Counted from the stretch's first letter, positions 29,669-40,062 are shown. The stretch: 64,000 bases of DNA from Acidimicrobiales bacterium (GCA_039934635.1 JBDTLT010000003.1:16460-80459); one strand, 5' to 3'. A program made the numbers and translations. The notes: a model not told the origin generated them from the sequence alone.

Positions 29669-30295
29669 ATGATGCAGCCGGTTCGGCCTTCGCTCAGCGC
29701 CGTGGTGCTGGTTCCGATCAAGTCGTTCGCTGAAGCCAAGCATCGCCTGTCGCCGGTACTCGACGCACGCGAGCGCTCCGAGCTGGCGCGCGAACTCGCT
29801 TCGCGCGTCGTACGCGCGGCCCGCGAGCTTCCCGTTGCGATCGTCTGCGACGACGACGACGTCGCCGCGTGGGCCGAGGTCGTCGGCGCATCGGTGCTGT
29901 GGTATCCCCGGGTCGGCCTCAACGGTGCGGTCGCCGCAGGGCTCGAGGCACTGCGCGAGGACTTCGACGAGGTCATCGTGGCGCACGCTGATCTCCCACA
30001 CGCACGCGACCTCACCGTCGTACGCGGATTCGCCGGCGTCACGCTCGTCCCCGACCGCCACCGCGATGGCACCAACGTCATGTGCATACCGAGCGCGTCC
30101 GGGTTTCGCTTCGCCTACGGCCCGGGTTCGTTCGCCCGCCACAAAGACGAGGTCGCCCGCCTCGGACTCGCCGTGAGGGTGCTGACCGATGCCGCACTCG
30201 CATGGGATATCGACACGCCCGACGATCTCGTGGGTTTCGGTGGGCAGGGCTTCGACAAGAAGGGTCTCGACGAGAAGGGTCTTTCGTGCAATTGA
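29669..30295 (+). CDS. cofC: 2-phospho-L-lactate/PEP guanylyltransferase (F420 biosynthesis)
   Basis: VPIKSFAEAKHRLS, GLNGAV, ADLP, PDRHRDGTN, YGPGSF..H, DIDTPDDL. Confidence 0.92.
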   Translation: MMQPVRPSLSAVVLVPIKSFAEAKHRLSPVLDARERSELARELASRVVRAARELPVAIVCDDDDVAAWAEVVGASVLWYPRVGLNGAVAAGLEALREDFDEVIVAHADLPHARDLTVVRGFAGVTLVPDRHRDGTNVMCIPSASGFRFAYGPGSFARHKDEVARLGLAVRVLTDAALAWDIDTPDDLVGFGGQGFDKKGLDEKGLSCN

Positions 30296-31008
30296 ACCTA
30301 CCCACCCCCGCGCGGGCCCTTGCCATCGTGGCCCACCCCGACGACGCCGAGTTCCAGTGTGGGTCCACCTTCGCCAAGTGGGCGGCGCAGGGTTGTGTCA
30401 TCAACCACCTCGTCTGCACCGACGGCGCGAAGGGCACGTGGGACCCCCACGCCGACACCCGCAAGCTCGTCGCCACGCGCAAGATCGAACAACGCGCCGC
30501 CGCCGACGTGTTGGGTTCGACCGGCGAGGTCGTGTTCCTCGATGTCATCGATGGCGAGCTCGAGGCGACCCTGGCCCGTCGTGGCCAAGTCGCGTATTGG
30601 ATTCGCGCACTGCGCCCCGATGTCGTGCTCGCGCACGATCCGTGGCGTCGCTGGCGACTGCACCCCGACCATCGCGCGGCCGGGTTCCTTGCGTGTGACG
30701 GCATCGTCGGTGCCCGCGATCCGCACTTCTATCCCGAGCACGGCTTGCCGCACCATCGACCATCGACTCTGCTGCTTTTCGAGACCGAAGAACCGGACCA
30801 TTTCGAAGACGTCACGGGGTACGCCGACCACAAGATCGATGCACTGCTCGCACATGCCAGCCAGCACGAGTCGACGATGTACATCATCGACGGCGACCGG
30901 TCACAGCGCGATGCGTTTGCTCATCGCATCACCGACGAACTCATCGAGGCCGGGCGGCTTGTCGGCGTCGAGCACGCCGAATCCTTCCGCCGCATCGACG
31001 AGCTGTAG
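30286..31008 (+). CDS. PIG-L/LmbE family deacetylase
   Basis: AHPDDAE, TDG, HPDH, HASQ. Confidence 0.9.
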   Translation: MQLNLPTPARALAIVAHPDDAEFQCGSTFAKWAAQGCVINHLVCTDGAKGTWDPHADTRKLVATRKIEQRAAADVLGSTGEVVFLDVIDGELEATLARRGQVAYWIRALRPDVVLAHDPWRRWRLHPDHRAAGFLACDGIVGARDPHFYPEHGLPHHRPSTLLLFETEEPDHFEDVTGYADHKIDALLAHASQHESTMYIIDGDRSQRDAFAHRITDELIEAGRLVGVEHAESFRRIDEL

Positions 31009-31935
31009 CTACTTCGCGATCATCGCCTCGATGGAGCGAGCCAGCTCGACCGGTCGATCACCTTGGATGCTGTGCCCCGCGCCATCGACCACGATGACGG
31101 TCGCGGTGGGCTGGATCTCCAGAACCCGCGCGACATCCGCGTCGTCGACGACTCCGGACTTCGCGCCGCGCCACAGCGTGATGGGCACACGGATGGTGGC
31201 CAGTTCGTCCCACAACGGTTTGAAATCTGGCGCGGGCGGAGTCTTCTCGGCCGACGGCGTCTCGCCTTCCGGCGCGCGTTTCCACGAACGCATCGGGTCA
31301 TAACGCCACGACCAGCGACCGTCATCGACCTCACGCGCGTTGTGCAATATGCCGCGGCGCAGTGACGACTCTGTGCGCGTCGGGTTGTGCTCGATGGTGC
31401 GGGCGAGGATGCTGGCGAAGTCGTCGAAGAACTCGGGCCCGGTCACGAACGCGATGATCGGTTCGGCCTTCGCGTGGTCGACCCCGGGCGTCACGTCGAC
31501 CAGGCCCAGCTTGGTCACGAGCGAAGGATGGCGGGTGGTGAGGCACAGCGCGGTCATGCCCCCGAGCGACATGCCGATCACGGGCGTCGGCGACGGGACG
31601 AGCGCGCGTATCGCCGTCGCCACGTTGTCGGCCATGTTCTGCGGACCGTAATCGCCGTCGTCGCGCCAGTCGGAGTGCCCGTGCCCGGGGAGATCGATGG
31701 CGACGAGCGGGCGGTCGAGGGCCAGCGCGACGGTGTCCCACGTGTGCGCGTTCTGTGCGCCACCGTGTAGCAGTACGAGGTCGGCCGGCTTGTCGGGTTG
31801 CCAGACCAACGCGCTGAGGTTGCGGCCACCGCTGACGGCGATCGTGCGGCGCTCCACGCGGGGCTGGCCCCGCCACTCGAGACCCGCCTCGGCCGCGTTG
31901 TCGGCGAACATCGAGAACTCGTCGTAGACCTGCAT
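31009..31935 (-). CDS. Alpha/beta hydrolase
   Basis: LLHGG, DLPGHG, GMSLGG, AGHSIQ. Confidence 0.9.
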   Translation of the reverse strand: MQVYDEFSMFADNAAEAGLEWRGQPRVERRTIAVSGGRNLSALVWQPDKPADLVLLHGGAQNAHTWDTVALALDRPLVAIDLPGHGHSDWRDDGDYGPQNMADNVATAIRALVPSPTPVIGMSLGGMTALCLTTRHPSLVTKLGLVDVTPGVDHAKAEPIIAFVTGPEFFDDFASILARTIEHNPTRTESSLRRGILHNAREVDDGRWSWRYDPMRSWKRAPEGETPSAEKTPPAPDFKPLWDELATIRVPITLWRGAKSGVVDDADVARVLEIQPTATVIVVDGAGHSIQGDRPVELARSIEAMIAK

Positions 31936-32011
31936 GCTGGCGACTCCCCTCGGCCGACGCTCTGGCGACCGCCGAGAGTATCGTGACCGGAGGTCAGTCG
32001 AAGGGGGCTCG

Positions 32012-32590
32012 GTGGAAACCAAGCAAATGGCGTCGTTCATCCGCATGGATCAAGGGACGACCGCGGAGTTCGAGCACATCGTCGAGCGCGCCAACTCACA
32101 CCTGCACAGCCACCTCGTAGACAACGTGTTCGGGCTGTTGCGCTCGATGCAGGGCGACACCCTCGGCTACATCGTCGACCGCTACGAGCACTCGCTGCAA
32201 TCCGCGACACGCGCACTGCGCGAGGGCGCACGCATCGACATGATCGTGGCCGCGCTCTTGCACGATGTCGGCGACGTCATCGCCCCGGCCAACCACAGCG
32301 AGCTTGCCGCCGCGGTGCTCGAGCCCTATGTCGACGCCGAGACCACGTGGGTAGTGCGCCATCACGGTGTTTTCCAGGGTTACCACTATTGGGACAAGCT
32401 TGGCCTCGACAAGAACTCGCGTGATCGCTACCGCGAGAGTCCATTCTTCGATGCCGCTGCGCACTTCTGCGGTGCGTGGGATCAAGTGTCGTTCGATCCC
32501 AGCTACGACACGCTGCCGCTCGAAGAATTCGAACCACTCGTGCGCGAGGTCTTCGCCCGCCCCGCCACCGGCTTTCGCGACGATCAGTGA
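32012..32590 (+). CDS. HD-domain protein (PhnZ/TmpB-like)
   Basis: HSLQSAT, AALLHDVG, NHS, RHHG, WDQ. Confidence 0.8.
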   Translation: METKQMASFIRMDQGTTAEFEHIVERANSHLHSHLVDNVFGLLRSMQGDTLGYIVDRYEHSLQSATRALREGARIDMIVAALLHDVGDVIAPANHSELAAAVLEPYVDAETTWVVRHHGVFQGYHYWDKLGLDKNSRDRYRESPFFDAAAHFCGAWDQVSFDPSYDTLPLEEFEPLVREVFARPATGFRDDQ

Positions 32591-32594
32591 ACGG

Positions 32595-32612
32595 GCGTCC
32601 CCCCGGGGACGC
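32595..32612. terminator. GC hairpin between convergent genes
   Basis: GCGTCCCC/GGGGACGC. Confidence 0.5.
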
Positions 32613-32617
32613 TGCCG

Positions 32618-33793
32618 TCAGCCCAACGAGCGCAATACCCGACCGAAGGCGCGAATGTCGTCGACGAACAGCTTCGGTTGTTCGAATGCAGCGAAGTGGC
32701 CGCCGCGCCGTTGCTCGCTCCAGTGCACGATGTTGTAGCGCTGCTCGGCCCACACCCGCGGCGTTTGCAGCAGTTCGCGCGGGTACACCGCGTGCCCGGT
32801 CGGCACGTCGACACGACCGGTCCAAGGCGACGTCGCGGCGGTGCCCGCTCGGGCAGACTCGGCGTAGAGGCGGGCGGCCGAGCCCGCAGTGTTGGTCAAC
32901 CAATAGAGCATCACATTGGTGAGCAGTTGGTCGGCGGTGAAGACACCGTCGATCGTCGGCAAGCCGTCGGCACCGATGGCCAGGTCGCTCCACGCGTAGA
33001 ACTTCTCGAGGATCCAGGCGGCGATGCCGATCGGTGAGTCCGACTGCGCGTAGGCCAGTGTCTGCGGCTTGGTGGATTGGATGCCCATGTAGCCGACACC
33101 GTTCTTGATGCGCGCGACCGCTTGCCCCATGCGCGCTTTCTCTGCGTCGGTTACGCCATCCATCGATCGTGCGCCGTCTGACGGGAACGCGAACAACATG
33201 TTGCAATGAATGCCGATGACGCGGTCGGCGTGTGCTTCACCCAAGCGACGCGTCACGAGCGCGCCCCAGTCGCCGCCCTGCGCCACGAAGCGCTCGTAAC
33301 CGAGTTGACCCATCACATCGGCGATGGCGGCCGCAACGACGTCCACGTCCACGCCTGCACGCGTCGTCGGACCCGAAAATCCGTAGCCGGGCATCGACGG
33401 GACGACGACGTGAAATGCATCTGCCGGGTCGCCTCCGTGGGCACGCGGATCGGCGAGCGGGCCGATGGCGTCGAGGAACTCGACGACTGATCCGGGCCAA
33501 CCGTGCGTCATCACCAACGGCAGCGCGTCGGGCTCGGGCGAACGCACGTGCAACAGATGCACCGTTTCTCCCGCGCCGCTGGCCAAGAACTGCGGATGCC
33601 GATTGAGGCGCGCTTCCCACTCGCGCCAGTCGTAGTGGTGCTGCCAATGGTCGAGAAACGCTTCTGCCACAGACCGCGGCAGCCCGTAGTCACCGCCGAC
33701 CCCGGCCAGGCCTTCGGGCAGACGGGTGCGGGCCAAGCGCCGCCGCAGGTCGTCGAGGTCGCTCTCGGGCACCGCAACCTCGAACGGACGCAT
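32618..33793 (-). CDS. Epoxide hydrolase (microsomal-type)
   Basis: HGWPGS, PSMPGYGFS, GGDWG, GGHFAAFE. Confidence 0.92.
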   Translation of the reverse strand: MRPFEVAVPESDLDDLRRRLARTRLPEGLAGVGGDYGLPRSVAEAFLDHWQHHYDWREWEARLNRHPQFLASGAGETVHLLHVRSPEPDALPLVMTHGWPGSVVEFLDAIGPLADPRAHGGDPADAFHVVVPSMPGYGFSGPTTRAGVDVDVVAAAIADVMGQLGYERFVAQGGDWGALVTRRLGEAHADRVIGIHCNMLFAFPSDGARSMDGVTDAEKARMGQAVARIKNGVGYMGIQSTKPQTLAYAQSDSPIGIAAWILEKFYAWSDLAIGADGLPTIDGVFTADQLLTNVMLYWLTNTAGSAARLYAESARAGTAATSPWTGRVDVPTGHAVYPRELLQTPRVWAEQRYNIVHWSEQRRGGHFAAFEQPKLFVDDIRAFGRVLRSLG

Positions 33794-33834
33794 CGCCTGA
33801 CACTATCCGAGCCCAAACCGGCGGACGCCGGTCC

Positions 33835-35085
33835 TCAGGCGACCGCGCCTGTGGCACGCAACGCCGCGATCTGATCTTCGTCGCATCCCAGCACCGAGCG
33901 CAGTATGTCGTCAGTGTGCTCGCCAACCGTCGGTGCACGCGTCGGAGCAGGCAACGGATGAGGCGTCGCGTTGACCGGCGTCGCGATCAGGTCGGCGCCA
34001 TGTTCGGCGCGGGGTAACCAGCGCAACCTCGACGCGGTGTGCGCGTCATGGCGCGCCGCCGCGGCGTCGTACACCGGAGCGATGGGCAAGTCACGGTCCG
34101 CGGCCAGCGCCATCCATTGCGCCGTCGTCCGCGTGGCGAATATCGCCGCGAGCTCTCTTCGCAACACGCGGTTACCGACCGCGTGCTCGGCGACCTCTCC
34201 ACCCGGGTGCGCGTCGTAGAGATCGGGGCGACCGACCGCGTCGCAGAAGTTGCGGAAGAATTTACGTTCGCTGGCCATGAGCAGAACGTGTCCGTCATGA
34301 CTCGCGTAGTACTGATAGCGGACTGCGTCGTCGAAGTCGTCAAAGCCGATCACTCGACGCGGACCGACACCGTCGGCAAAGTTCCCGGTGACCTCTTCGC
34401 CGGGGCGCTCGTAGGCCACCTCGCCTTCGACCTTCAACCAATTCCAAGCGACGGCCGCATCGGACTGGGCGACCTCGATACGACAGCCCTGGCCCGTCTC
34501 GCGAGCGCGCAGCACCGCCGACACGGCACCGAACGCCGCGAACAGTGGCCCGGCGTGGAACCCGATCGACGTGTGTGGGGGGATCGAAGGCAACCCGTCG
34601 GCGTTGACCAGCGGTGGCGCGATGCCAGCCATGGAATCGAACGCCAGGCCATGACTCGGGATATCGCGGTACGGACCCGAGTCGCCGTACCCGGTGATCT
34701 GGCACCACACCACGCGCTCGTTGCGCGATCGCAGCGCGTCGTAGCCCACCCCGAGACGATCGAGTGCACCCGGGCGCATGCCCTCGATCACGATGTCGCA
34801 GACTGCAGCAATCGCGGCGAAAACCGAGGCACCGTCACCGCTGCGCAAATCGATGGCAATGCTGCGCTTGCCTCGGTTCCAGTGCCAGTGCTCGAGCGAC
34901 ACGCCGTCGATGATCGGCCATCCCACTCGCCGCCCATAGTCGCCCTCACCCGGACGCTCCACCTTGATCACTTCGGCGCCCAGGTCCGCGAGATGCTGCC
35001 CCACCCCGTTGGCGGACAACAACGCGCACTCGAGCACCCGCACACCGTCGAGCAAGGCGCCACGCCGTTCGGATGACTCGACCAC
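33835..35085 (-). CDS. Class III CoA-transferase (CaiB/BaiF family)
   Basis: LDGVRVLE, LADLGAEVIKVE, NRGKRSI, RPG..RLG, GEHTDDIL. Confidence 0.88.
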   Translation of the reverse strand: MVESSERRGALLDGVRVLECALLSANGVGQHLADLGAEVIKVERPGEGDYGRRVGWPIIDGVSLEHWHWNRGKRSIAIDLRSGDGASVFAAIAAVCDIVIEGMRPGALDRLGVGYDALRSRNERVVWCQITGYGDSGPYRDIPSHGLAFDSMAGIAPPLVNADGLPSIPPHTSIGFHAGPLFAAFGAVSAVLRARETGQGCRIEVAQSDAAVAWNWLKVEGEVAYERPGEEVTGNFADGVGPRRVIGFDDFDDAVRYQYYASHDGHVLLMASERKFFRNFCDAVGRPDLYDAHPGGEVAEHAVGNRVLRRELAAIFATRTTAQWMALAADRDLPIAPVYDAAAARHDAHTASRLRWLPRAEHGADLIATPVNATPHPLPAPTRAPTVGEHTDDILRSVLGCDEDQIAALRATGAVA

Positions 35086-35102
35086 GAGCGGATCCTACGT
35101 CT

Positions 35103-35159
35103 GGGCGGCCCTACCTGGTTACACGCGCCCCGGACGCGCGTAACCTGACACTACCGCCC
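35103..35159. promoter_or_regulatory. Palindrome in a divergent intergenic region
   Basis: GGTTACACGCG / CGCGCGTAACC (35117-35145) with outer GGGCGG/CCGCCC. Confidence 0.45.
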
Positions 35160-35184
35160 GACCAATGCTCCCCGGGAGACGCCC

Positions 35185-36933
35185 ATGCCCACGACCGATT
35201 ACGACTTGGTGATCACCAACGCGACCCTGGTCGACGGCAGCGGAGGCGACACACGCGAGGCCGACATCGCGGTGCGCGACGGGTTCATCGCCCGCGTCGA
35301 TGACAAGGGCGCGCTGCGCAATGCGAAGGCCACTGAAGTCATCGACGCAGCCGGCAATCTCGTGACCCCAGGTTTCGTCGACATCCACACGCACTACGAC
35401 GGTCAGGTCACGTGGGACCCCTACCTATCGCCTTCGTGCTGGCACGGCGTCACCACTGTGGTGATGGGCAACTGCGGCGTCGGCTTCGCACCGGTACGAC
35501 CCAGCGAACGCGAGTGGCTCGTCGAATTGATGGAAGGTGTCGAAGACATTCCCGGCGACGCGCTCAAGCAGGGCATGCGTTGGGGATGGGAAACCTTCCC
35601 CGAGTACCTCGACTTCCTCGATCAGACGCCGCGATTGTTCGATGTCGGCACACAGATCCCCCACGGCGCGGTGCGCGCGTACGTGATGGGCGATCGTGGT
35701 GCGCGCAACGAGCCCGCTACGTCTGACGACATCGCGCAGATGAAAGCGATCGTGCGCGATGCCATCGTTGCCGGCGCACTCGGCTTCTCCACTTCGCGCA
35801 CGATGCTGCACAAGGCACTCGATGGCGAACCGGTGCCCGGCACCTATGCCACCGAAGCCGAACTCATCGGCATCGGCCGAGCGCTGTCCGAGCTCGGCGC
35901 AGGCGTCTTCGAGTGCTCACCGTCGGGTGTGGCCGGTGAGAACGATGCGGCGTTTCCCGGCGAACTGACGCTGTTGCGCAACGTCGCCGCTGCGATCGGC
36001 CGACCCGTCGCCTTCAACCTCACGCAGAGCAACACCGCGCCCGAGATGTACCGCGAGCTGCTCGACCGGGCCGCCGACGCGGCGCGCGAAGGCGTGCGGT
36101 TGGCGCCACAAGTTGCGGGCCGCGCATCGGGATTGTTGTTCGGCCTCGACACCACCTACCACCCGTTCGCCGGTCGTCCGACCTATGCCGCGCTGGCGGC
36201 GCTCCCCCGCGCAGAAAAGCTGGCGCGTCTGCGCGACCCGCTCGTCCGCACGGCGATTCTCGGCGAGGCAGACCAGGGCGGCATGTCGATGCTCGAGCGA
36301 TTCCCCGATCGCATCTGGCGCCTCGACGATCGCGTCGACTACGAACCCTCGGTCGATACGAGTCTCGGTCGTGTCGCGGCGTCGATGGGATGTTCGCCGG
36401 CCGAGCTGCTCTATGACTGGACCGTCAGTGGCGACGGTAGCGAGTTGTTCAACGTGCCGATGCTCAACTACGCGAGCAACACGTTCGACGCGCTGCGCGA
36501 GATGCTCGTGCATCCGACATCGGTGCTCGGCCTCTCTGACGGTGGCGCGCATTGCGCAATCATCTGCGACGCCAGCATCCCCACGTCGATGCTCACGCAT
36601 TGGGCCCGCGACCGCGTGCGCGGCGAACGACTACCGCTCGAGTTCGTGGTGCACAAGCAGACGCGACAGACGGCCGAGCTCTACGGGCTGTATGACCGTG
36701 GCCTTGTCGCACCCGGCTACAAGGGCGATTTCAACATCATCGACTACGACGCGCTGCGCCTGCACAAGCCCGAGACCGCCTACGACCTGCCGGGCGGGGC
36801 TCGACGGCTGGTGCAGCGAGCCGACGGGTATCTCGCGACCATCGTCGCCGGGCGGGTCATCGCTCGCGACGGTGAGCTCACCGACGAACTGCCTGGTCGC
36901 ATGATCCGTGGCGCCCAACAGCCCAAGGCCTGA
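35185..36933 (+). CDS. N-acyl-D-amino-acid deacylase family amidohydrolase
   Basis: [29 protein letters not shown]. Confidence 0.9.
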   Translation: MPTTDYDLVITNATLVDGSGGDTREADIAVRDGFIARVDDKGALRNAKATEVIDAAGNLVTPGFVDIHTHYDGQVTWDPYLSPSCWHGVTTVVMGNCGVGFAPVRPSEREWLVELMEGVEDIPGDALKQGMRWGWETFPEYLDFLDQTPRLFDVGTQIPHGAVRAYVMGDRGARNEPATSDDIAQMKAIVRDAIVAGALGFSTSRTMLHKALDGEPVPGTYATEAELIGIGRALSELGAGVFECSPSGVAGENDAAFPGELTLLRNVAAAIGRPVAFNLTQSNTAPEMYRELLDRAADAAREGVRLAPQVAGRASGLLFGLDTTYHPFAGRPTYAALAALPRAEKLARLRDPLVRTAILGEADQGGMSMLERFPDRIWRLDDRVDYEPSVDTSLGRVAASMGCSPAELLYDWTVSGDGSELFNVPMLNYASNTFDALREMLVHPTSVLGLSDGGAHCAIICDASIPTSMLTHWARDRVRGERLPLEFVVHKQTRQTAELYGLYDRGLVAPGYKGDFNIIDYDALRLHKPETAYDLPGGARRLVQRADGYLATIVAGRVIARDGELTDELPGRMIRGAQQPKA

Positions 36934-36967
36934 GCCCGGCCGGGGGCACACGGCACAGCATCCGCGC

Positions 36968-36995
36968 TACAGCACGTTTGCCAACCTGCCGACAA
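36968..36995 (+). promoter_or_regulatory. Putative sigma28/WhiG-like promoter
   Basis: TACA-N16-GCCGACAA upstream of the lipoprotein gene. Confidence 0.4.
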
Positions 36996-37024
36996 CTACG
37001 CACGGGTGGCACAGGGAGCTTCAC

Positions 37025-38218
37025 ATGCGTAGTCGTATCTGTGCGTTCGCGCTCACGATGTTGTTCATCGCGGCAGCGTGCGATTCGAGCGACGGGTCGG
37101 CGACCGCGACCTCGCTCGTCGAAGCCGGCCGCAACGACCCGACGACGACCACGGTCACAACAACGACGACCACGACCAGCCCGTCGACCACGACGCTCGC
37201 CTCATCCACCACGACCACAGTGGCGCCCGCGGCGCCGGCGACGGCCGCCCCGACGACGGTGGCGCCGGAGCCGCCTCCCCCTCCTCCGCCACCGCCACCG
37301 CCACCGCCCCCTCCTCCCAACACGATCGGATCCGGTTCAACGATCGGCGGATGCCCCGCGTTCCCCACGGACAACTATTGGCACGCCGACGTGTCGGGTC
37401 TTCCCGTGCACCCGAACTCCGCGGCGTACGTCGCCAGCATCGGTGCCAGTTCCGGATTGAAGGCCGACTTCGGTAGCGGCCTCTGGGAAGGCGGACCGAT
37501 CGGTATCCCATTCGTATCGGTCGGTGCCGGACAGCCGAAGGTGACGGTCGGCTTCGATTACGACGATGAGAGTGATCCGGGGCCGTATCCGATCCCGGCG
37601 AATCCTCCCATCGAAGGTGGCGCGCAAGCCGACGGCGATCGCCACATCCTCGTCGTCGACAGCAGCACGTGCCGCCTGTACGAGCTCTTCGCGGCCTATC
37701 CCGCGAACAACGGTGCCTGGACCGCGGGGTCGGGTGCGATCTACGACCTCCGTTCGAACGCCATGCGCCCCGCCGGCTGGACGTCCGCCGATGCCGCCGG
37801 TCTACCGATCCTCCCGGGGCTCGTGCGCTACGACGAAGTCGCGCAGGGTGTGATCAACCATGCGATCCGCATCACCGTCCCCCGCACGCAAAAGGCATAC
37901 GTGTGGCCGGCGCGGCACCTCGCCAGCTCGCGCACCGATACCAATTTGCCCCCGATGGGCCTGTGGTTGCGCCTCCGCGCCGACTTCGATGTATCGGGTT
38001 ATCCGCGCGACGCGCAGATCATCCTGCAGGCGCTGAAGAAGTACGGCGCCATCGTCGCCGACAACGGCTCGCCTTGGTACATGTCGGGCGCTCCTGACGA
38101 ACGGTGGAACAACGACGTGCTGCAAACGCTGCGCCGGGTGCCTGGCAGCGCCTTCGAAGCCCTCGACACGACGAGCCTCATCAGCGATCCGAACTCGGGA
38201 CACGTGCGCGTCGGGTGA
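37025..38218 (+). CDS. Secreted lipoprotein with Thr/Pro-rich stalk and uncharacterised globular domain
   Basis: Lipobox IAAAC; poly-Thr and poly-Pro linker; DESDPGPYPIP, GDRH, WTSADAAGLP domain. Confidence 0.8.
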   Translation: MRSRICAFALTMLFIAAACDSSDGSATATSLVEAGRNDPTTTTVTTTTTTTSPSTTTLASSTTTTVAPAAPATAAPTTVAPEPPPPPPPPPPPPPPPPNTIGSGSTIGGCPAFPTDNYWHADVSGLPVHPNSAAYVASIGASSGLKADFGSGLWEGGPIGIPFVSVGAGQPKVTVGFDYDDESDPGPYPIPANPPIEGGAQADGDRHILVVDSSTCRLYELFAAYPANNGAWTAGSGAIYDLRSNAMRPAGWTSADAAGLPILPGLVRYDEVAQGVINHAIRITVPRTQKAYVWPARHLASSRTDTNLPPMGLWLRLRADFDVSGYPRDAQIILQALKKYGAIVADNGSPWYMSGAPDERWNNDVLQTLRRVPGSAFEALDTTSLISDPNSGHVRVG

Positions 38219-38252
38219 CCCCGGGGTCGCGCTGAGCGCGTACTATCGGAAA

Positions 38253-39440
38253 ATGAGCACAGCACAAGACCGGAGCGTCGACATCCTCGACGGCAACTTC
38301 TACGTGAGCGATCCGTACCCCACGTACTCGTGGTTGCGGGAGAACGATCCCGTGCACTGGGACTCGACGAACCAACTGTGGTGCATCTCGCGCTACGACG
38401 ACATCGTCGAGATCGAACGCAACAAAGACCTCTGGATCAGCTCTGGTAAGACCCAAGGCGGCTACCGGCCCAACATCCCCGCCGACGACTCGCTCATCGG
38501 TCTCGACGATCCCATTCACCACAAGCGGCGCAACCTCGTCTCTCGCCGGTTCACCCCGCGTGCCGTCTCCGCATGGCAAAGCGAAGTTCGCGACAAAGTG
38601 GTCGCGTTGATCGAACCCGTCGTCGCCAACGGGGGTGGCGACATCGTGCGTGATCTCGCCGCGCCGCTGCCGGCCATGATGATCGGCAAGTTGCTCGGCT
38701 TCCCCGACGATGCGTGGCCGAAGTTGCGCGACTGGTCCGAGCGTACGATCGCACTGGGCGGTGGGCCCCGCTACTTCAACGAAGACGGCATGAACGCGGC
38801 GATCGAGTTCGGCATGACGTCGGTGGCGCTCTACGAAGAAAAGAAAGGCTGCCCTGTCGATGACGTCATGTCGGTATGGACGCGCGCAAAGATCGACGGG
38901 CGAGCGCTCACTGCCGAAGAGGTCGGCTCGGATTGTCTGCTCATCCTCGATGGCGGAGCCGAAACGACACGAACCGTGATCGCGCGCACGTTGATCGACC
39001 TCGACCGGCGCCCCGGCCAATGGCAGACGTTGCAGTCGACCGGCGACTTCACGACCGCGACCGAGGAGTTCATCCGATTCGTGACGCCGATCCACAACAT
39101 GTGCCGCACCGCGGCCCGCGATACCGAGCTACACGGCAAGTCGATCCGCGCCGGGCAACAAATGGTGCTGATGTACTCGTCGGCCAACCGCGATCCGGCG
39201 CACTTCGACGATCCCGAGAACCTCGACGTGACGCGCCACCCCAACAACCACCTGTCGTTCGGGTTCGGCACGCACTTCTGCCTCGGCGCGGCGTTGGCTC
39301 GGTTGGAGATCCGCACCTTCTTCGAGGAGTGGGTCAAGCGCGTCACCTCGTTCCGCGTCCTACCCGACAGCGTCGTCGAGATGCCCAACGCGTTCGTCTT
39401 CGGCGTGCGGTCGGGCACGATCGAAGTGCAGCCGCGCTAG
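38253..39440 (+). CDS. Cytochrome P450 (CYP142/CYP125-like)
   Basis: GGAETT, EFIR, SANRD, FGFGTHFCLG. Confidence 0.92.
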   Translation: MSTAQDRSVDILDGNFYVSDPYPTYSWLRENDPVHWDSTNQLWCISRYDDIVEIERNKDLWISSGKTQGGYRPNIPADDSLIGLDDPIHHKRRNLVSRRFTPRAVSAWQSEVRDKVVALIEPVVANGGGDIVRDLAAPLPAMMIGKLLGFPDDAWPKLRDWSERTIALGGGPRYFNEDGMNAAIEFGMTSVALYEEKKGCPVDDVMSVWTRAKIDGRALTAEEVGSDCLLILDGGAETTRTVIARTLIDLDRRPGQWQTLQSTGDFTTATEEFIRFVTPIHNMCRTAARDTELHGKSIRAGQQMVLMYSSANRDPAHFDDPENLDVTRHPNNHLSFGFGTHFCLGAALARLEIRTFFEEWVKRVTSFRVLPDSVVEMPNAFVFGVRSGTIEVQPR

Positions 39441-39450
39441 AGGTGCCGCG

Positions 39451-40062
39451 TCAGGCGAGTACGCCCCGCAGGACGCTCACGCCCGAATGCGTGGGCACTC
39501 CATCGACGGGTTCGATCGACACGTCGACAATGGGGAACGCATCAGTCGCCACCCCCGGAGGGATGATGTAGCGGCCGCTGCCGCGCAGCGGGCCCATCGA
39601 CACCATGCCCTTGACCTGAGGATCGATGAGCCACAGTTCGAAGAATTCGCCGTCGACCTTGGGAAGGTCGCTCACGTCGAGGTCGATCGCGCGCGTGCCG
39701 TCGTCGAGCACGACCAGCTTCGCCCGGCCTGTGCTCGATGCCCCCGCCGGATCGAGGCCGGTGTTCGACAGCGCAACCTCGTCGATGGTTCGCACGTCAT
39801 CGCCGGCGCGTGCGATTGCAAAGGCGACAAGCGCGCACGCGGCCGCGCCCACCAACGCGACACCCGTAAAGACTCGGCGCCGCCGCGGGCGACGGTCAGC
39901 GATATCGACCACGTTTGCCGGTTGATCATCGGCGCCGACTTCGCCGGCGATCTTGGCCCACAGGTCGGCCGGCGGCGCGAACTGCCGGCGATCCTCGGGG
40001 GTGAGCGCGCGTCCAAGCTGCATGAGATCGTCGTAGCCCTCGTAATCGGAGGAATCAGCCAT
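39451..40062 (-). CDS. rskA: Anti-sigma factor, RskA-like
   Basis: PPADLWAKI, TM helix, FELWLI, VDVSIEP..G.P.HSG.SVLRG. Confidence 0.85.
   Translation of the reverse strand: MADSSDYEGYDDLMQLGRALTPEDRRQFAPPADLWAKIAGEVGADDQPANVVDIADRRPRRRRVFTGVALVGAAACALVAFAIARAGDDVRTIDEVALSNTGLDPAGASSTGRAKLVVLDDGTRAIDLDVSDLPKVDGEFFELWLIDPQVKGMVSMGPLRGSGRYIIPPGVATDAFPIVDVSIEPVDGVPTHSGVSVLRGVLA

Noticed and set aside
37139-37317. ACG/ACC and CCG/CCT-rich repetitive DNA
   Set aside because: Explained by the Thr/Pro linker codons; not an array
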